In this document: positions 45,101 to 53,289 of the stretch, piece by piece
Numbering within the stretch: the first letter of the stretch is position 1
Layout: every line of letters starts with the position of its first letter
From: Candidatus Levyibacteriota bacterium
GTDB lineage: Bacteria; Patescibacteriota; Microgenomatia; Levybacterales; UBA12049
DNA: 64,000 nt
Direction of reading: 5' to 3'
NCBI GenBank assembly: GCA_018061075.1
Contig: JAGOUW010000003.1
Location: 4,301-68,300 of the forward strand
Notes under the pieces: generated by a model
Told to the model about the DNA's origin: nothing
The model's database searches: none
What the model saw: only the letters and a program-made list of their open reading frames with translations
Program-made: the position numbers and the translations under genes

Positions 45101-48100
45101 CCCGGAAGCGCAATTTCCTCCACCTCCTGAAATAACTCCTATAGCATTCAAGGTACCTACTATCACCTGATCTTCCTCTGAAGCATTTGTACAATCGCTA
45201 TGCTCTGCATCATCAGCAGATGCAGCTACAGCTATCTTTTTATCTGTTAAATCAGCGAAATGACGCTCATATAAAACATCAGAATCAGTAGTATCTGTTA
45301 ACAAGAAATCTATACCAACCACATCAGATGTAGCTTTTGTAACTACGGCTGAAGGATGACTAACAGTCGTATCATTATAAATATTTACTTCACTTCCCCA
45401 GTCATTCGCATTATCACAAACTCCGTTTGAAGCTACGGCGATCCCCGAACATCTTCTAAGAACTAGGTTATTTGTACCAGGATCAAGCACATATATTAGA
45501 TATACATCTGACTCATCAGAAGAAAGATTTAGTACTAAATCCGAAGCTTCAGTGACCGTAGGAAATCCAGTGTCAGTCCAGTTCGTAGATACAGAAGGAT
45601 CTTTATTATTCGCCACATTTTTAACATGCAAAACATCTGTTGTTGTATCCTCTACATATCCTATGAATAATCTATTATTTGAATAATCTACCGTGCTGCT
45701 CAAAGGAAAATTAGTATATCCGGTCCAATTACCACCTAAATCATCTAATGCTGTTATGCCGTTTCGGAAAGATGCTCCAACCGAAGCCATATTATTTTCC
45801 CATCTGCTGTCTGTTATATCGTCCCATGGTACGTATGAAATTCCTAAATCATTAGTACTATCTACTCCCCCAGAAATTATAAGAGCATTTGAATTTCTGT
45901 CATTTACGTAAACTTCTTTTATACTAACTGGTGTAGGCAGAGCGGCGCTTGGCCTTAATCTAATCCAATATAATCCACTTGTACTATCAACTGTAGTTGT
46001 AGCCCAAGTACTAGGCTGATCAAAAAGAACTGAACCGTCATTAAAAAAAGTATAGGTCCCGTTATATGTATTATCCGTTGTATTTGAAAGACTTGTCCAT
46101 GTAGTGCCATCCCAATATTCAAGTGTAGATAAAGTTGCAGCATTAGCATTATTGACATCATTAAAATCAAATGTAGCTTTAGAAAATGGCTTACTGTCAC
46201 CAATATAAATATAATCAGTTGTAGTTAAAGCACTGACATCATCAGATGTAGTTGCTGAATTATCAATTGCGCTCGATAAATCTGTAAAAACTCCATTTGA
46301 ATCTTTTTTTATACTAGTTGGACTTCTCCTAGGTTTTCCGGGTAATTGATTTAGAGTATTCTGATGAGTCGTAGTTGCTGAAACCACCAATGAAGCATCT
46401 GTGGTTCCTTTAAGAGTAGAAGACGTTGGAAGCCCGACTCCTCCATTTTTTTCCGTATCGCTAATTGTGCCTTGTGAATATTTCTCTTCGCTCGCATTTT
46501 TCCATGTGCTTCCTAAATCCCAATGACTTTCAATCTCATCTTCAGTTAACGCTCTGTTGTATATCGCAACTTCGTCAATCGAGCTATTAAAATATGCGGA
46601 ATTATCGGGTCTTCTGCCTATATCTACAGGTGAACCGTTATTCGTAGATGTGCTTGTCCAGCTCGTATCTCTTCCCACCTCAACTCCATCCACATAAAGA
46701 ATCAATGTGTCAGTTGTATCATTCATGGTAGTTACAACATGATGCCAGGTCTCTTCTGCTGGCGTTTCATTGCCTGCTGTGGCTCTCCCTGAACCCCCTG
46801 AAGTATGCACTGCTGATTGATAAAAAATTCCGTTCCCACCTCCCCCGCCCCACTGCCATTGAAATAATTGCCATTCATAGTTAGAACCTGTTCCTTTTGC
46901 GATAATGCTTCCTCCTTCAAGACTAGTTCCCAAAGTCCAAGCTTCTATCGTCAACTCACCTGTTGTTGTGATTGAATAAGCGTCATTATCAGGAATCGTT
47001 ACATATTCACTTTGCGAAACATTAAATGATGTAGCAGTGTCACTGTCACTTGCCAGTCCTCCTGTTGCAGCTAACGTAGGAGTATTCGTATAAGTTCCAT
47101 CATTATTCGTAGAAGATTCGTCGTTTGCATTTGTTCCGCTTGGCTCTCCAAGTCTCCAATATCCGACTAATCCTGAAGTACTGTCTACTGTATTAAAATA
47201 TGTCTGACCATTAACTACATCACGCGTTAAAGTTCTAATTTCTCCTCTATTTGTTCCATTCATGTTATACGAAATAACAATCTTTTCTTTACCAAGTCCA
47301 GCACCTTTATTAGCAACAATTACTGAAGGTCTTGAAGTCAAATCTGAAGTATCTATATTTTCTACAGTTCCTTGGGCTACCGCGGTAATTAAATTATTAC
47401 TATTCCTAGTAATAGTAAGTTTGGAGTATTCAAGATCAGAATCTGTGCTATTAACCAAAGCTACATGAATATTACTTGATCCATCAATATCTGCCGCAAT
47501 TCCATTTGATGTTCCAGCGCCACCATCTAAATTAATCGCTGCATCAGTCCAGCTTCCAGAATTATAATTCTTGTAATAAACGTTATCATCTCCAGTTCCA
47601 CCATCAAATACTGTTATTAAATTCCCCCATGTGTCTCTAATTATTTTCCTAGAATTTCCATAAGCAGTTCCTGTAGTTGAAGCTGCAGAATCAATTACGA
47701 CTGGATCTACGGTAACTGGATATGATGCATTATTTAGATCTCCTTCGGAAAGATTTATTGAAAGCAAATAACCCCCCGCTTGGTTCTTTGAAAGACGGTA
47801 ACTGCTTCCAATATCATTATTTTTAGTGTCTCTTGTAACAGGCTCTGGGATAGCAAACTTCGTTGCTGCTTGTCCGCCCTCTTCCATACTCCAGGCAATT
47901 TCTCCATCTGGAAATAATTCCCCTGTTAAGTTTTGACTCGCATCCTTTTCATTTCCTGAAACAAAGCTAAACTCCAGCTTATTAGCTCTAACTGCCTCTC
48001 TATTAGCTACGACATAATCAGCTTTTACACGATCACTTAGCATTTCATAACGAGCGATAATTCCCGGTGCGATTTCCCACTCTATTTTATTTCCATTTAC

Positions 48101-48649
48101 TTTAGGTTTTACAAAACCGGTTGATCCACTTGGTACATATCTCACGAAATATCCATCTTTACTTGTGATTTTTACTGAAGGAAGTAGTCCGCCCTCTACT
48201 TGTTCTCCAAAAGAAAAAACAGTTCCGGATTTAAGATTTACACTCCATTTATAATCTCCAGTTTTATTTTCTTTTAAATCTGGTCCTTTTGTGGGAGTGC
48301 TGGCAAAAACATGACTCTGTGGATCTCGATTTCTTAAAATCCAAGCTCCATCAGCAACTTCTTCGGCGTAAGGAAGATAACTTGGAGGACGAAGTTGATA
48401 AAGAATAAGAGGAATAATTAACATGACTACGCCAATTACAAATGCACGCCGTACACCTCTACTTTTATAAACTTTATGCTCGAAATGACGAATTTTATGT
48501 CTTTTATTTTCAGGAAGCCAGGAAACTAAATAGTTATGAGTGGCGACAACTGGAAAAAAGAGAATTTTTAAACTCCGTTTTAGTGGTTTCTCTATAGGTC
48601 GATATACTTTAAGCAATTTGTGCTTAAAAAAAGATAAATTCTTTTTCAT
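42158..48649 (-). CDS. giant (2163 aa) N-terminally anchored surface protein with three LamG/concanavalin-like domains and a DUF2341 domain
   Basis: The TM helix is RRAFVIGVVMLIIPLILYQL. LamG copies span about 47175-46515, 44100-43540 and 43435-42790. They carry GLVGYWRLGE(P/T)SGTNAND...WHHVV(T/V)TM...YVDG...IDEVA(I/V)Y. The DUF2341-like segment (about 44480-44140) reads KVTFDNRASAENLTNFPVLVRLDSSTIDYSKV...LRFIDSDG...LDYEIEKWD...IVWVEVPSI. The C-terminus ends with a tandem RGGTRLRGGTRLR. Confidence 0.75.
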   Translation of the reverse strand: MKKNLSFFKHKLLKVYRPIEKPLKRSLKILFFPVVATHNYLVSWLPENKRHKIRHFEHKVYKSRGVRRAFVIGVVMLIIPLILYQLRPPSYLPYAEEVADGAWILRNRDPQSHVFASTPTKGPDLKENKTGDYKWSVNLKSGTVFSFGEQVEGGLLPSVKITSKDGYFVRYVPSGSTGFVKPKVNGNKIEWEIAPGIIARYEMLSDRVKADYVVANREAVRANKLEFSFVSGNEKDASQNLTGELFPDGEIAWSMEEGGQAATKFAIPEPVTRDTKNNDIGSSYRLSKNQAGGYLLSINLSEGDLNNASYPVTVDPVVIDSAASTTGTAYGNSRKIIRDTWGNLITVFDGGTGDDNVYYKNYNSGSWTDAAINLDGGAGTSNGIAADIDGSSNIHVALVNSTDSDLEYSKLTITRNSNNLITAVAQGTVENIDTSDLTSRPSVIVANKGAGLGKEKIVISYNMNGTNRGEIRTLTRDVVNGQTYFNTVDSTSGLVGYWRLGEPSGTNANDESSTNNDGTYTNTPTLAATGGLASDSDTATSFNVSQSEYVTIPDNDAYSITTTGELTIEAWTLGTSLEGGSIIAKGTGSNYEWQLFQWQWGGGGGNGIFYQSAVHTSGGSGRATAGNETPAEETWHHVVTTMNDTTDTLILYVDGVEVGRDTSWTSTSTNNGSPVDIGRRPDNSAYFNSSIDEVAIYNRALTEDEIESHWDLGSTWKNASEEKYSQGTISDTEKNGGVGLPTSSTLKGTTDASLVVSATTTHQNTLNQLPGKPRRSPTSIKKDSNGVFTDLSSAIDNSATTSDDVSALTTTDYIYIGDSKPFSKATFDFNDVNNANAATLSTLEYWDGTTWTSLSNTTDNTYNGTYTFFNDGSVLFDQPSTWATTTVDSTSGLYWIRLRPSAALPTPVSIKEVYVNDRNSNALIISGGVDSTNDLGISYVPWDDITDSRWENNMASVGASFRNGITALDDLGGNWTGYTNFPLSSTVDYSNNRLFIGYVEDTTTDVLHVKNVANNKDPSVSTNWTDTGFPTVTEASDLVLNLSSDESDVYLIYVLDPGTNNLVLRRCSGIAVASNGVCDNANDWGSEVNIYNDTTVSHPSAVVTKATSDVVGIDFLLTDTTDSDVLYERHFADLTDKKIAVAASADDAEHSDCTNASEEDQVIVGTLNAIGVISGGGGNCASGVVDYNFGLRFPSVTVAPGAKISSAYVDLRVTERTGSTPISFTIYAEDVDSAASFNAYTNSCPSAGLSTSCVGDRTRTANSASYTIDFNGSGSTGTSYRLDVTDLIQEVICRGVADSQPCIGDYNGSGTWASGNNIALLLVSNVDSGSTNYVQFVTYDDANAVMLDPTLQINCEGSCSTSAVTSNPPSSVWCNMGSTANGASDCNGNWKSRKKVTFDNRASAENLTNFPVLVRLDSSTIDYSKVKNAAEDLRFIDSDGLTLLDYEIEKWDEGGESIVWVEVPSITTAVATDYVWMYYNNSQASAGSDDAGTWNSNFDAVWHLKENPAIICSGASEICDSTLNNADLDMFGAMTISNQVDGQIDGSMDFDGVDDEFYKVGADAGFPLGNAARTLEAWVKTTSTCGNCAIFGYGTQIDPQDYALILVNGQLNLQIRANFFSFGSTGTVNDGKWHHVAITYDGTNAEGYVDGVEVGSDQNPGTNPNTVSGAVDMGQWSNILAGKIDEVRVTDNDQSADWIEATYLNTKSDSTFVSIGAEQAQIEQQNQLTPYSTEIMGTPGLVGYWRLGETSGTNANDLSITNNDGTYTNTPTFGGQGAIVGDTNTSTSFAAASLEYVNVPDHAAYDFGTGDFSLEVWVNRAAAPGAAQFILGHSGDNNASDWELFWRGGIDGFSSRISNTTCQSGTSDISDSNWHHVVVTMDRDGLCTWYVDGQVSGTPVDISAESATDLTNTSPLYIGRRLASSYYDGPIDEVAVYKGVVLSSTQVQRHYNISRATPSVGTKNYSKGFTYTTGSGSYFDLDHPLSSAEYVGVEGNDNNYAVVSGDLNVNASTSATPTFLFKVNNPNNLNTNSINATAVVKSSVATSTRPVSLQVYRGGSTNNWVTLVSNSSSSPDTDLTLTASVTTNLTEHYFNESPGIGTRYAACTNNTANCWVYLRVIQDAPATSGNETLSLDMFDAQFTNTSQPAMRGGTRLRGGTRLR

Positions 48650-48671
48650 TTAGGCAGTTAAAGCTTTTCTA

Positions 48672-48694
48672 CAAAAAAACCACGGCTAGTGGTT
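48672..48694 (-). terminator. short hairpin plus U-run on the minus strand, between the 208-aa gene and the giant gene
   Basis: The minus strand reads AACCAC-TAGCC-GTGGTT followed by TTTTTTT. The stem is only 6 bp. Confidence 0.35.
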
Positions 48695-48772
48695 AAGCTT
48701 TTACAACCTCAAGAATAGCTTCAAACAGAGCTAGTGTCAACGCTATAAATAGTATCTAAAACTATCAATTTA

Positions 48773-49399
48773 CTATATCGCAGGAGTTGGGGTAACAGTT
48801 ACTGCCTGAGGAGCAATTGTAGGTTGAAATGGAGGTTGAGTTGGAGCAGTCGAAGGCTTATTATCCCCTATTAAATCCTGGAGGGAAAAAGGCTTTGAGG
48901 TTGGTAACGGTGTGGGAACTACAGTAGTAGATGCTCCCGCCACTTCTTCTTGAGGCTGATTTACAACTGGTGGTTTATAAAGCGCTACCTCAATTATTTT
49001 ATTTGTAGTGGGTCTATATAAAACTGCTTTTTGTGCTGCGTTAAAAATAAGAACCTTATCACCATTCTGAGCCTTTGCGAAAAATGCCTGTCCCCTTAAT
49101 TTGGAAGCATCAGAAATACTAGCGATAGTAGGAGATTCCGTGGGAATATCCATAAGAAGTGCTACTTTTTCAGTAATACTATCAATCTCAGCTTGCGCGA
49201 CATCCTTAGGCGTTTCCGGCTTCATGCTGTAAGCTGCTACAGGAATCGCAAACAAAGCAATTACCACCACATATGCTATAAAAACACGTCTATTTCTGGT
49301 GGGTTTTGGGAGCGATTTAAGAGTTCTAATAACTTTTTTCACCCATTTAGAATAGCTTTTTAAGTACTTTTCTGTCAAGCCAAATTCAATTAAATACAA
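48773..49399 (-). CDS. single-pass membrane protein with a Pro-rich C-terminal tail; function unknown
   Basis: 208 aa. The TM helix is VFIAYVVVIALFAIPVAAY. The tail is PTPLPTSKP...PTQPPFQPTIAP. Confidence 0.45.
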   Translation of the reverse strand: MYLIEFGLTEKYLKSYSKWVKKVIRTLKSLPKPTRNRRVFIAYVVVIALFAIPVAAYSMKPETPKDVAQAEIDSITEKVALLMDIPTESPTIASISDASKLRGQAFFAKAQNGDKVLIFNAAQKAVLYRPTTNKIIEVALYKPPVVNQPQEEVAGASTTVVPTPLPTSKPFSLQDLIGDNKPSTAPTQPPFQPTIAPQAVTVTPTPAI

Positions 49400-49451
49400 A
49401 TTGGGATTAGGTTATTTGCTGAAATCTCCTAAATATAATAAGATTTATTTC

Positions 49452-50186
49452 ATGAGGAAGTTTCAGTTAGTTCTCGCCTACTATACCCTACTCGTATCCG
49501 GTGGATTATTTTTCTGGTCTATTTTTCTAGGACCAAAACCTTTTGGATTCTTAATTGCACTTTTAATGATTCCTATCGGGGTTTACTTTTGGATTATTGT
49601 ACTTGGAAAATCAAAAATCAAGGCAGTAGAATACCCTAAAGAAGCAAAAAGCGAAGCACAGCTTGCAAGACTTTCACTCGTTATACTTTTTACAATTCTA
49701 ATCAGCACTAGCAGTATGTTCGCCTTTTCATTCATAAATACCAAACTTCTTGCACCCATAACGGAAGCTCCTTCTTCTGTTTCAAGCAGGCTTAGTCTTA
49801 TCGAACAACAGGTTGAGGGATTAAGCGATGAAAAAGAAGAATCAACTGAAAAAATTCTTGATGAGCTTGAAGACCTTAAAAAAACCAGCTCCACTGAAGA
49901 TGAGGATTCGACTGAGGAAGCATTAAGCTCTATAGACAAAAGCAAGCTATTGGGCGTAAGTGAAGCAAAAATGAACGGCGTAACTATAAAAAGCAAAGAT
50001 TATTCTAATGTAAATGTATATAAAGAAAAGAATTCAACATCAGAAATCGTAGGACAAGCCGAGTTCGGTAAAACCTACACTTTTCTTGATAAATCAGGAG
50101 AGTGGTATTTGATTCTATTTACAAATAAAACTGACACTATGGAAGGATTCATAAATAGTCAGTTTGTAAAAGAAGTAGAATATTAA
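49452..50186 (+). CDS. membrane protein with a C-terminal SH3b-like domain; function unknown
   Basis: The start was moved to MRKFQLVLAYY. It has three TM helices and an acidic linker. The C-terminal VNVYKEKNSTSEIVGQAEFGKTYTFLDKSGEWYLILF resembles bacterial SH3. Confidence 0.45.
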   Translation: MRKFQLVLAYYTLLVSGGLFFWSIFLGPKPFGFLIALLMIPIGVYFWIIVLGKSKIKAVEYPKEAKSEAQLARLSLVILFTILISTSSMFAFSFINTKLLAPITEAPSSVSSRLSLIEQQVEGLSDEKEESTEKILDELEDLKKTSSTEDEDSTEEALSSIDKSKLLGVSEAKMNGVTIKSKDYSNVNVYKEKNSTSEIVGQAEFGKTYTFLDKSGEWYLILFTNKTDTMEGFINSQFVKEVEY

Positions 50187-50188
50187 AG

Positions 50189-51025
50189 ATGAAATCTGTC
50201 CAAAAAATCATCAGATTTACGCTTCTTGTTTATTCCGTAGCACTGACCATTGTTATTTTCTTAGGTTCCGCTGTATTCGGGGTATCAAATGATAATCTGA
50301 TTCTTCCAGCCTTATCACTTCCTGTAATCGCATATTTTCTAGGCAACACCTTTAAAGTTAAACGCGGTAAGAAAATCTCACTTTATTACAGCTTTATTCT
50401 TGTAACAGTAATGAACATTGCGGGGTTTGCCAGCGCCTCCTCCCCTCCTCAATTCGCTAGTGCTTTTCTTTTTGTTCCCATCACGATTTATTTCTGGTTA
50501 CAAGTTATGCCAAAAAAAAGAAAAAAACTTCCAATCAAACACGGAATGCTTTCCATAATTCCCGGTACAGAGATCTCTAAAAATGATGAGCCTGAAGAAT
50601 TGAAAAGAATAAAAGACGAATATCCAACAGACAAATTCGGAAGGGGTTTTGAACTTGACAGAAGAATGTTCCTAAAGCTTATCGGTTCAGCTGGAATTTC
50701 CGTTCTAATGCTTGCACTTTTTACTAAAAAATCACATGCTGCTTTCTTTGGAAGCGTCCCCGGTCCCGGCACAGTAGCCTTAAAAGATACAACCGGAGCA
50801 CAGGTTGATCCTGCGATCAAACATCCAACTGACGGATACAGAATAAATCAGCTTGACGATTCCAGCCCTGCCTATTATGGATTCACAGAAAAAGGCGGAG
50901 CATGGTTTATCATGAAAGAAGATTCAAGTGGTAATTATAGATATGCGAAAGGTACAAGTGATTTTTCTACAAATTGGACTGGACGAGCTGCACTTTCCTA
51001 CGATTACTACGATGTAATTTTCTAA
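50189..51025 (+). CDS. membrane protein with an internal twin-arginine-like motif and a small C-terminal globular domain; function unknown
   Basis: 278 aa with about 4 N-terminal TM helices. DRRMFLKLIGSAGISVLMLALFTKKSHAA follows (RRMFLK at 50660-50677), and then a roughly 95-aa domain (GAWFIMKEDSSGNYRYAKG). Confidence 0.45.
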   Translation: MKSVQKIIRFTLLVYSVALTIVIFLGSAVFGVSNDNLILPALSLPVIAYFLGNTFKVKRGKKISLYYSFILVTVMNIAGFASASSPPQFASAFLFVPITIYFWLQVMPKKRKKLPIKHGMLSIIPGTEISKNDEPEELKRIKDEYPTDKFGRGFELDRRMFLKLIGSAGISVLMLALFTKKSHAAFFGSVPGPGTVALKDTTGAQVDPAIKHPTDGYRINQLDDSSPAYYGFTEKGGAWFIMKEDSSGNYRYAKGTSDFSTNWTGRAALSYDYYDVIF

Positions 51026-51423
51026 AACCAGGCGGAATTTACACTTCTCTTTGTCATAGATTTTTTTATAAACCTCTGAAGAATAGTAGCAACTATCGCA
51101 ATAATTACTATCCACATCAAGTCCTGCTGAGAAAATCCAACCCAGTTATCAAAATTAGAAACACCCCAAAAAGCAAAGAAGTTTACTAGGAAAAAGAAAA
51201 TGAACGAACGATATTTTTTTGCAAGATTATATCTTCTGCCCATTGAAAAATCCCAAAATGCCCAGATGATAAATGTTATCCAAAATCCTGCATAAATTCC
51301 TGATTCGATATTGTTAAATCGGTTATTTCCTAGAGTCAAATGTTCAGGGGCAACAGCACTTGCGATAATAAGAATTAAAGTATTCGTAGCCCAGAAAGAT
51401 AAATACAAAAGATGATTGTACAT
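51022..51423 (-). CDS. small 4-TM membrane protein; function unknown
   Basis: 133 aa with four hydrophobic segments. Confidence 0.4.
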   Translation of the reverse strand: MYNHLLYLSFWATNTLILIIASAVAPEHLTLGNNRFNNIESGIYAGFWITFIIWAFWDFSMGRRYNLAKKYRSFIFFFLVNFFAFWGVSNFDNWVGFSQQDLMWIVIIAIVATILQRFIKKSMTKRSVNSAWF

Positions 51424-51477
51424 TTAGCCTCTTATAATATACACACTTTTATCCTTCTTTTGTCAACACGCATTAAC

Positions 51478-51505
51478 TTTACAGCCTAAATTTAAATGCT
51501 ATAAT
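51478..51505 (+). promoter_or_regulatory. promoter TTTACA-16-TATAAT ending 6 nt before the ATG
   Basis: TTTACA at 51478-51483, TATAAT at 51500-51505, ATG at 51512. Confidence 0.5.
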
Positions 51506-51511
51506 AATTTT

Positions 51512-51988
51512 ATGAAACAGGAATATTGGTTAGGTTTAGTTGTAGGACTTTTCATCTTTGCTTTCGTTGTGGATTCCATTGTAAGCCCTCTCCAAACAGG
51601 TGTTCTTCCTACCCCCTATCACTTTTTAAATCCTGAAATCTTCGCTGTTTTTCCACTAACTACAGCTTCAATTATAATTAAAGCCGTAGCAATTCTAATA
51701 ACACCAATTTTCCTTCTTTCATTTGCCGGATGGGCAAAACTAGTCAAAGGAATTACGATTTTTATCGTTTCAGGCGTACTTCAGCTTTATGCTCTCCAAG
51801 ATATTGCCACAGGAACAGGTTCAATTCCTCCTGAATGGGCCATTTCATTTGCACTTGGCGGACTTTTTCTTTTGATACCAGCTTTAATCTATATCCTAAT
51901 TGGGGTAATTGAGAAAACAAATGTTGCTATGAATGGAGAAGAATCTGACGACTATATCGTGAAACCTAAAGAAGAAAAAAAGGAGTAA
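51512..51988 (+). CDS. small 4-TM membrane protein with an acidic tail; function unknown
   Basis: 158 aa with hydrophobic helices. The tail is NGEESDDYIVKPKEEKKE. Confidence 0.4.
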   Translation: MKQEYWLGLVVGLFIFAFVVDSIVSPLQTGVLPTPYHFLNPEIFAVFPLTTASIIIKAVAILITPIFLLSFAGWAKLVKGITIFIVSGVLQLYALQDIATGTGSIPPEWAISFALGGLFLLIPALIYILIGVIEKTNVAMNGEESDDYIVKPKEEKKE

Positions 51989-51989
51989 T

Positions 51990-52478
51990 CTATACCTCAA
52001 CCTCTACATCAGCAGGTTCTGCTTCCAGAAAATTTTTAAGCCTTAATAATGTTTTTTCAAGCTCTTTTTTAGTATCTCTAGAAGCTACTGCGTTTAAAGA
52101 CAAAAGATTTGCGATCGGCCCGAGCTCTGTTTTTCTATATAATTTAACTGAAGTACCGTCTGCTTCCTCGCTAAAATAATATCCAGTTAAAACATGAAGT
52201 GAATTTGAATTATCCCTGTATTCAAAACTTTGATGCGCCATAGAGCCTGTTATCTCAAGCTCAATGCTTTTTTTCCCACCCAAAACAGTTTTAAAAATAA
52301 TATTATATTTTGCTCCGGGTCCTACTGCATCAGGATTTTCAGGATCTTTTTCAACACTTTTTACTCTGTCCCAAAAGTAAACCATATTCTCCATATGATT
52401 CACAAATGAATATACTTCGTTTATGGGAACTTTTATTTTTGTGGAAACTTCTGTTATTTGTGCCATAACCCTATTCAA
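51990..52478 (-). CDS. SRPBCC/START-like (polyketide-cyclase-type) small protein
   Basis: 162 aa. Its length and beta-rich pattern with a terminal helix (KKELEKTLLRLKNFLE) fit SRPBCC. No diagnostic motif was found. Confidence 0.4.
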   Translation of the reverse strand: MNRVMAQITEVSTKIKVPINEVYSFVNHMENMVYFWDRVKSVEKDPENPDAVGPGAKYNIIFKTVLGGKKSIELEITGSMAHQSFEYRDNSNSLHVLTGYYFSEEADGTSVKLYRKTELGPIANLLSLNAVASRDTKKELEKTLLRLKNFLEAEPADVEVEV

Positions 52479-52491
52479 TCAAATAATATGC

Positions 52492-52584
52492 AAATAAGCA
52501 AATAATTAAGTTCAAATAAATATTTAAATGATTAAATTATTAATGCATTAATTTGCTTATTTATCATCTGAGATTTGCTTATTA
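52492..52584. repeat. 12-bp motif ATTTGCTTATTT present three times: inverted at 52492-52503, direct at 52551-52562 and 11/12 direct at 52573-52584
   Basis: Read directly. AAATAAGCAAAT is the exact reverse complement of ATTTGCTTATTT. The site lies in the divergent intergenic region upstream of the HUH gene. Confidence 0.85.
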
Positions 52585-52589
52585 ACGTA

Positions 52590-52617
52590 TTGACACCTCC
52601 CTATTTATCATGATAAT
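52590..52617 (+). promoter_or_regulatory. promoter TTGACA-16-GATAAT ending 8 nt before the ATG
   Basis: TTGACA at 52590-52595, GATAAT at 52612-52617, ATG at 52626. Confidence 0.45.
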
Positions 52618-52625
52618 TTCAACTG

Positions 52626-53270
52626 ATGGCAGACCACAACCCCGTTTTCCAAAACAATAATTTTTATCACACAGTTAATTTTGGGATTGATAATAAGATT
52701 ATTTTTAATGACAAAAAAGACATTGACCGCTTTCTAGCACTTCTAGAATATTATAAAGCGAAAAATCCACCTGCTAGATTTGCATTCAGAAATAGACCAA
52801 TTGCTAGAGATTCGCAAGACAAACTGGAACCAATGGTAGAAATAGTTGCATTTTGTCTCATGCCAAACCATTTTCATTTACTCCTAAAACAAACGATGGA
52901 CAACGGTGTTAATTCTTTCATGAGTAAAGTCGCAAACAGTTATACGAAATACTACAACTCACGCCAAAAAAGAGTGGGAACTCTTTTTAAAGGACCTTTC
53001 AAGGCCCGGGAAATCAACCAGACAGATCTATCCGGAGTATCACGTCACATTCACTTAGACCCATTTATAAAAGGTTTAATAAGGTTCCTACCAAGTTTCC
53101 CATTCTCTTCATTCCCCCAATATTTAGGAGAAAAAGATGGCTTCTGTGTTAAAAATGACATCTTAAAAAACTTTTCAAATGCATCTGAATACAAAGAATA
53201 TGTTATGAATCAGGAGGATTATAAGCAAACGCTCCCCCAGATAAGTTCACTCATTCTCGAAAAAAGTTAA
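52626..53270 (+). CDS. HUH/Y1 transposase-like protein of the IS200-like / REP-associated tyrosine transposase (RAYT, COG1943) type
   Basis: 214 aa. The HUH motif lies in FCLMPNHFHLLLKQ. It is followed by YTKYYNSRQKRVGTLFKGPFKAREI and RHIHLDP...FPFSSFPQYLG, the typical RAYT order. Confidence 0.72.
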   Translation: MADHNPVFQNNNFYHTVNFGIDNKIIFNDKKDIDRFLALLEYYKAKNPPARFAFRNRPIARDSQDKLEPMVEIVAFCLMPNHFHLLLKQTMDNGVNSFMSKVANSYTKYYNSRQKRVGTLFKGPFKAREINQTDLSGVSRHIHLDPFIKGLIRFLPSFPFSSFPQYLGEKDGFCVKNDILKNFSNASEYKEYVMNQEDYKQTLPQISSLILEKS

Positions 53271-53289
53271 AAAATGTGTAAAATAAATT

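Noticed and set aside
52479-53289. Active IS200/IS605 insertion sequence.
   Set aside because: Only a single tnpA-like gene is present, with no tnpB. There is no space for a right-end hairpin (19 nt to the next gene), and there are no direct repeats flanking the unit. I treated it as a RAYT-like domesticated gene.
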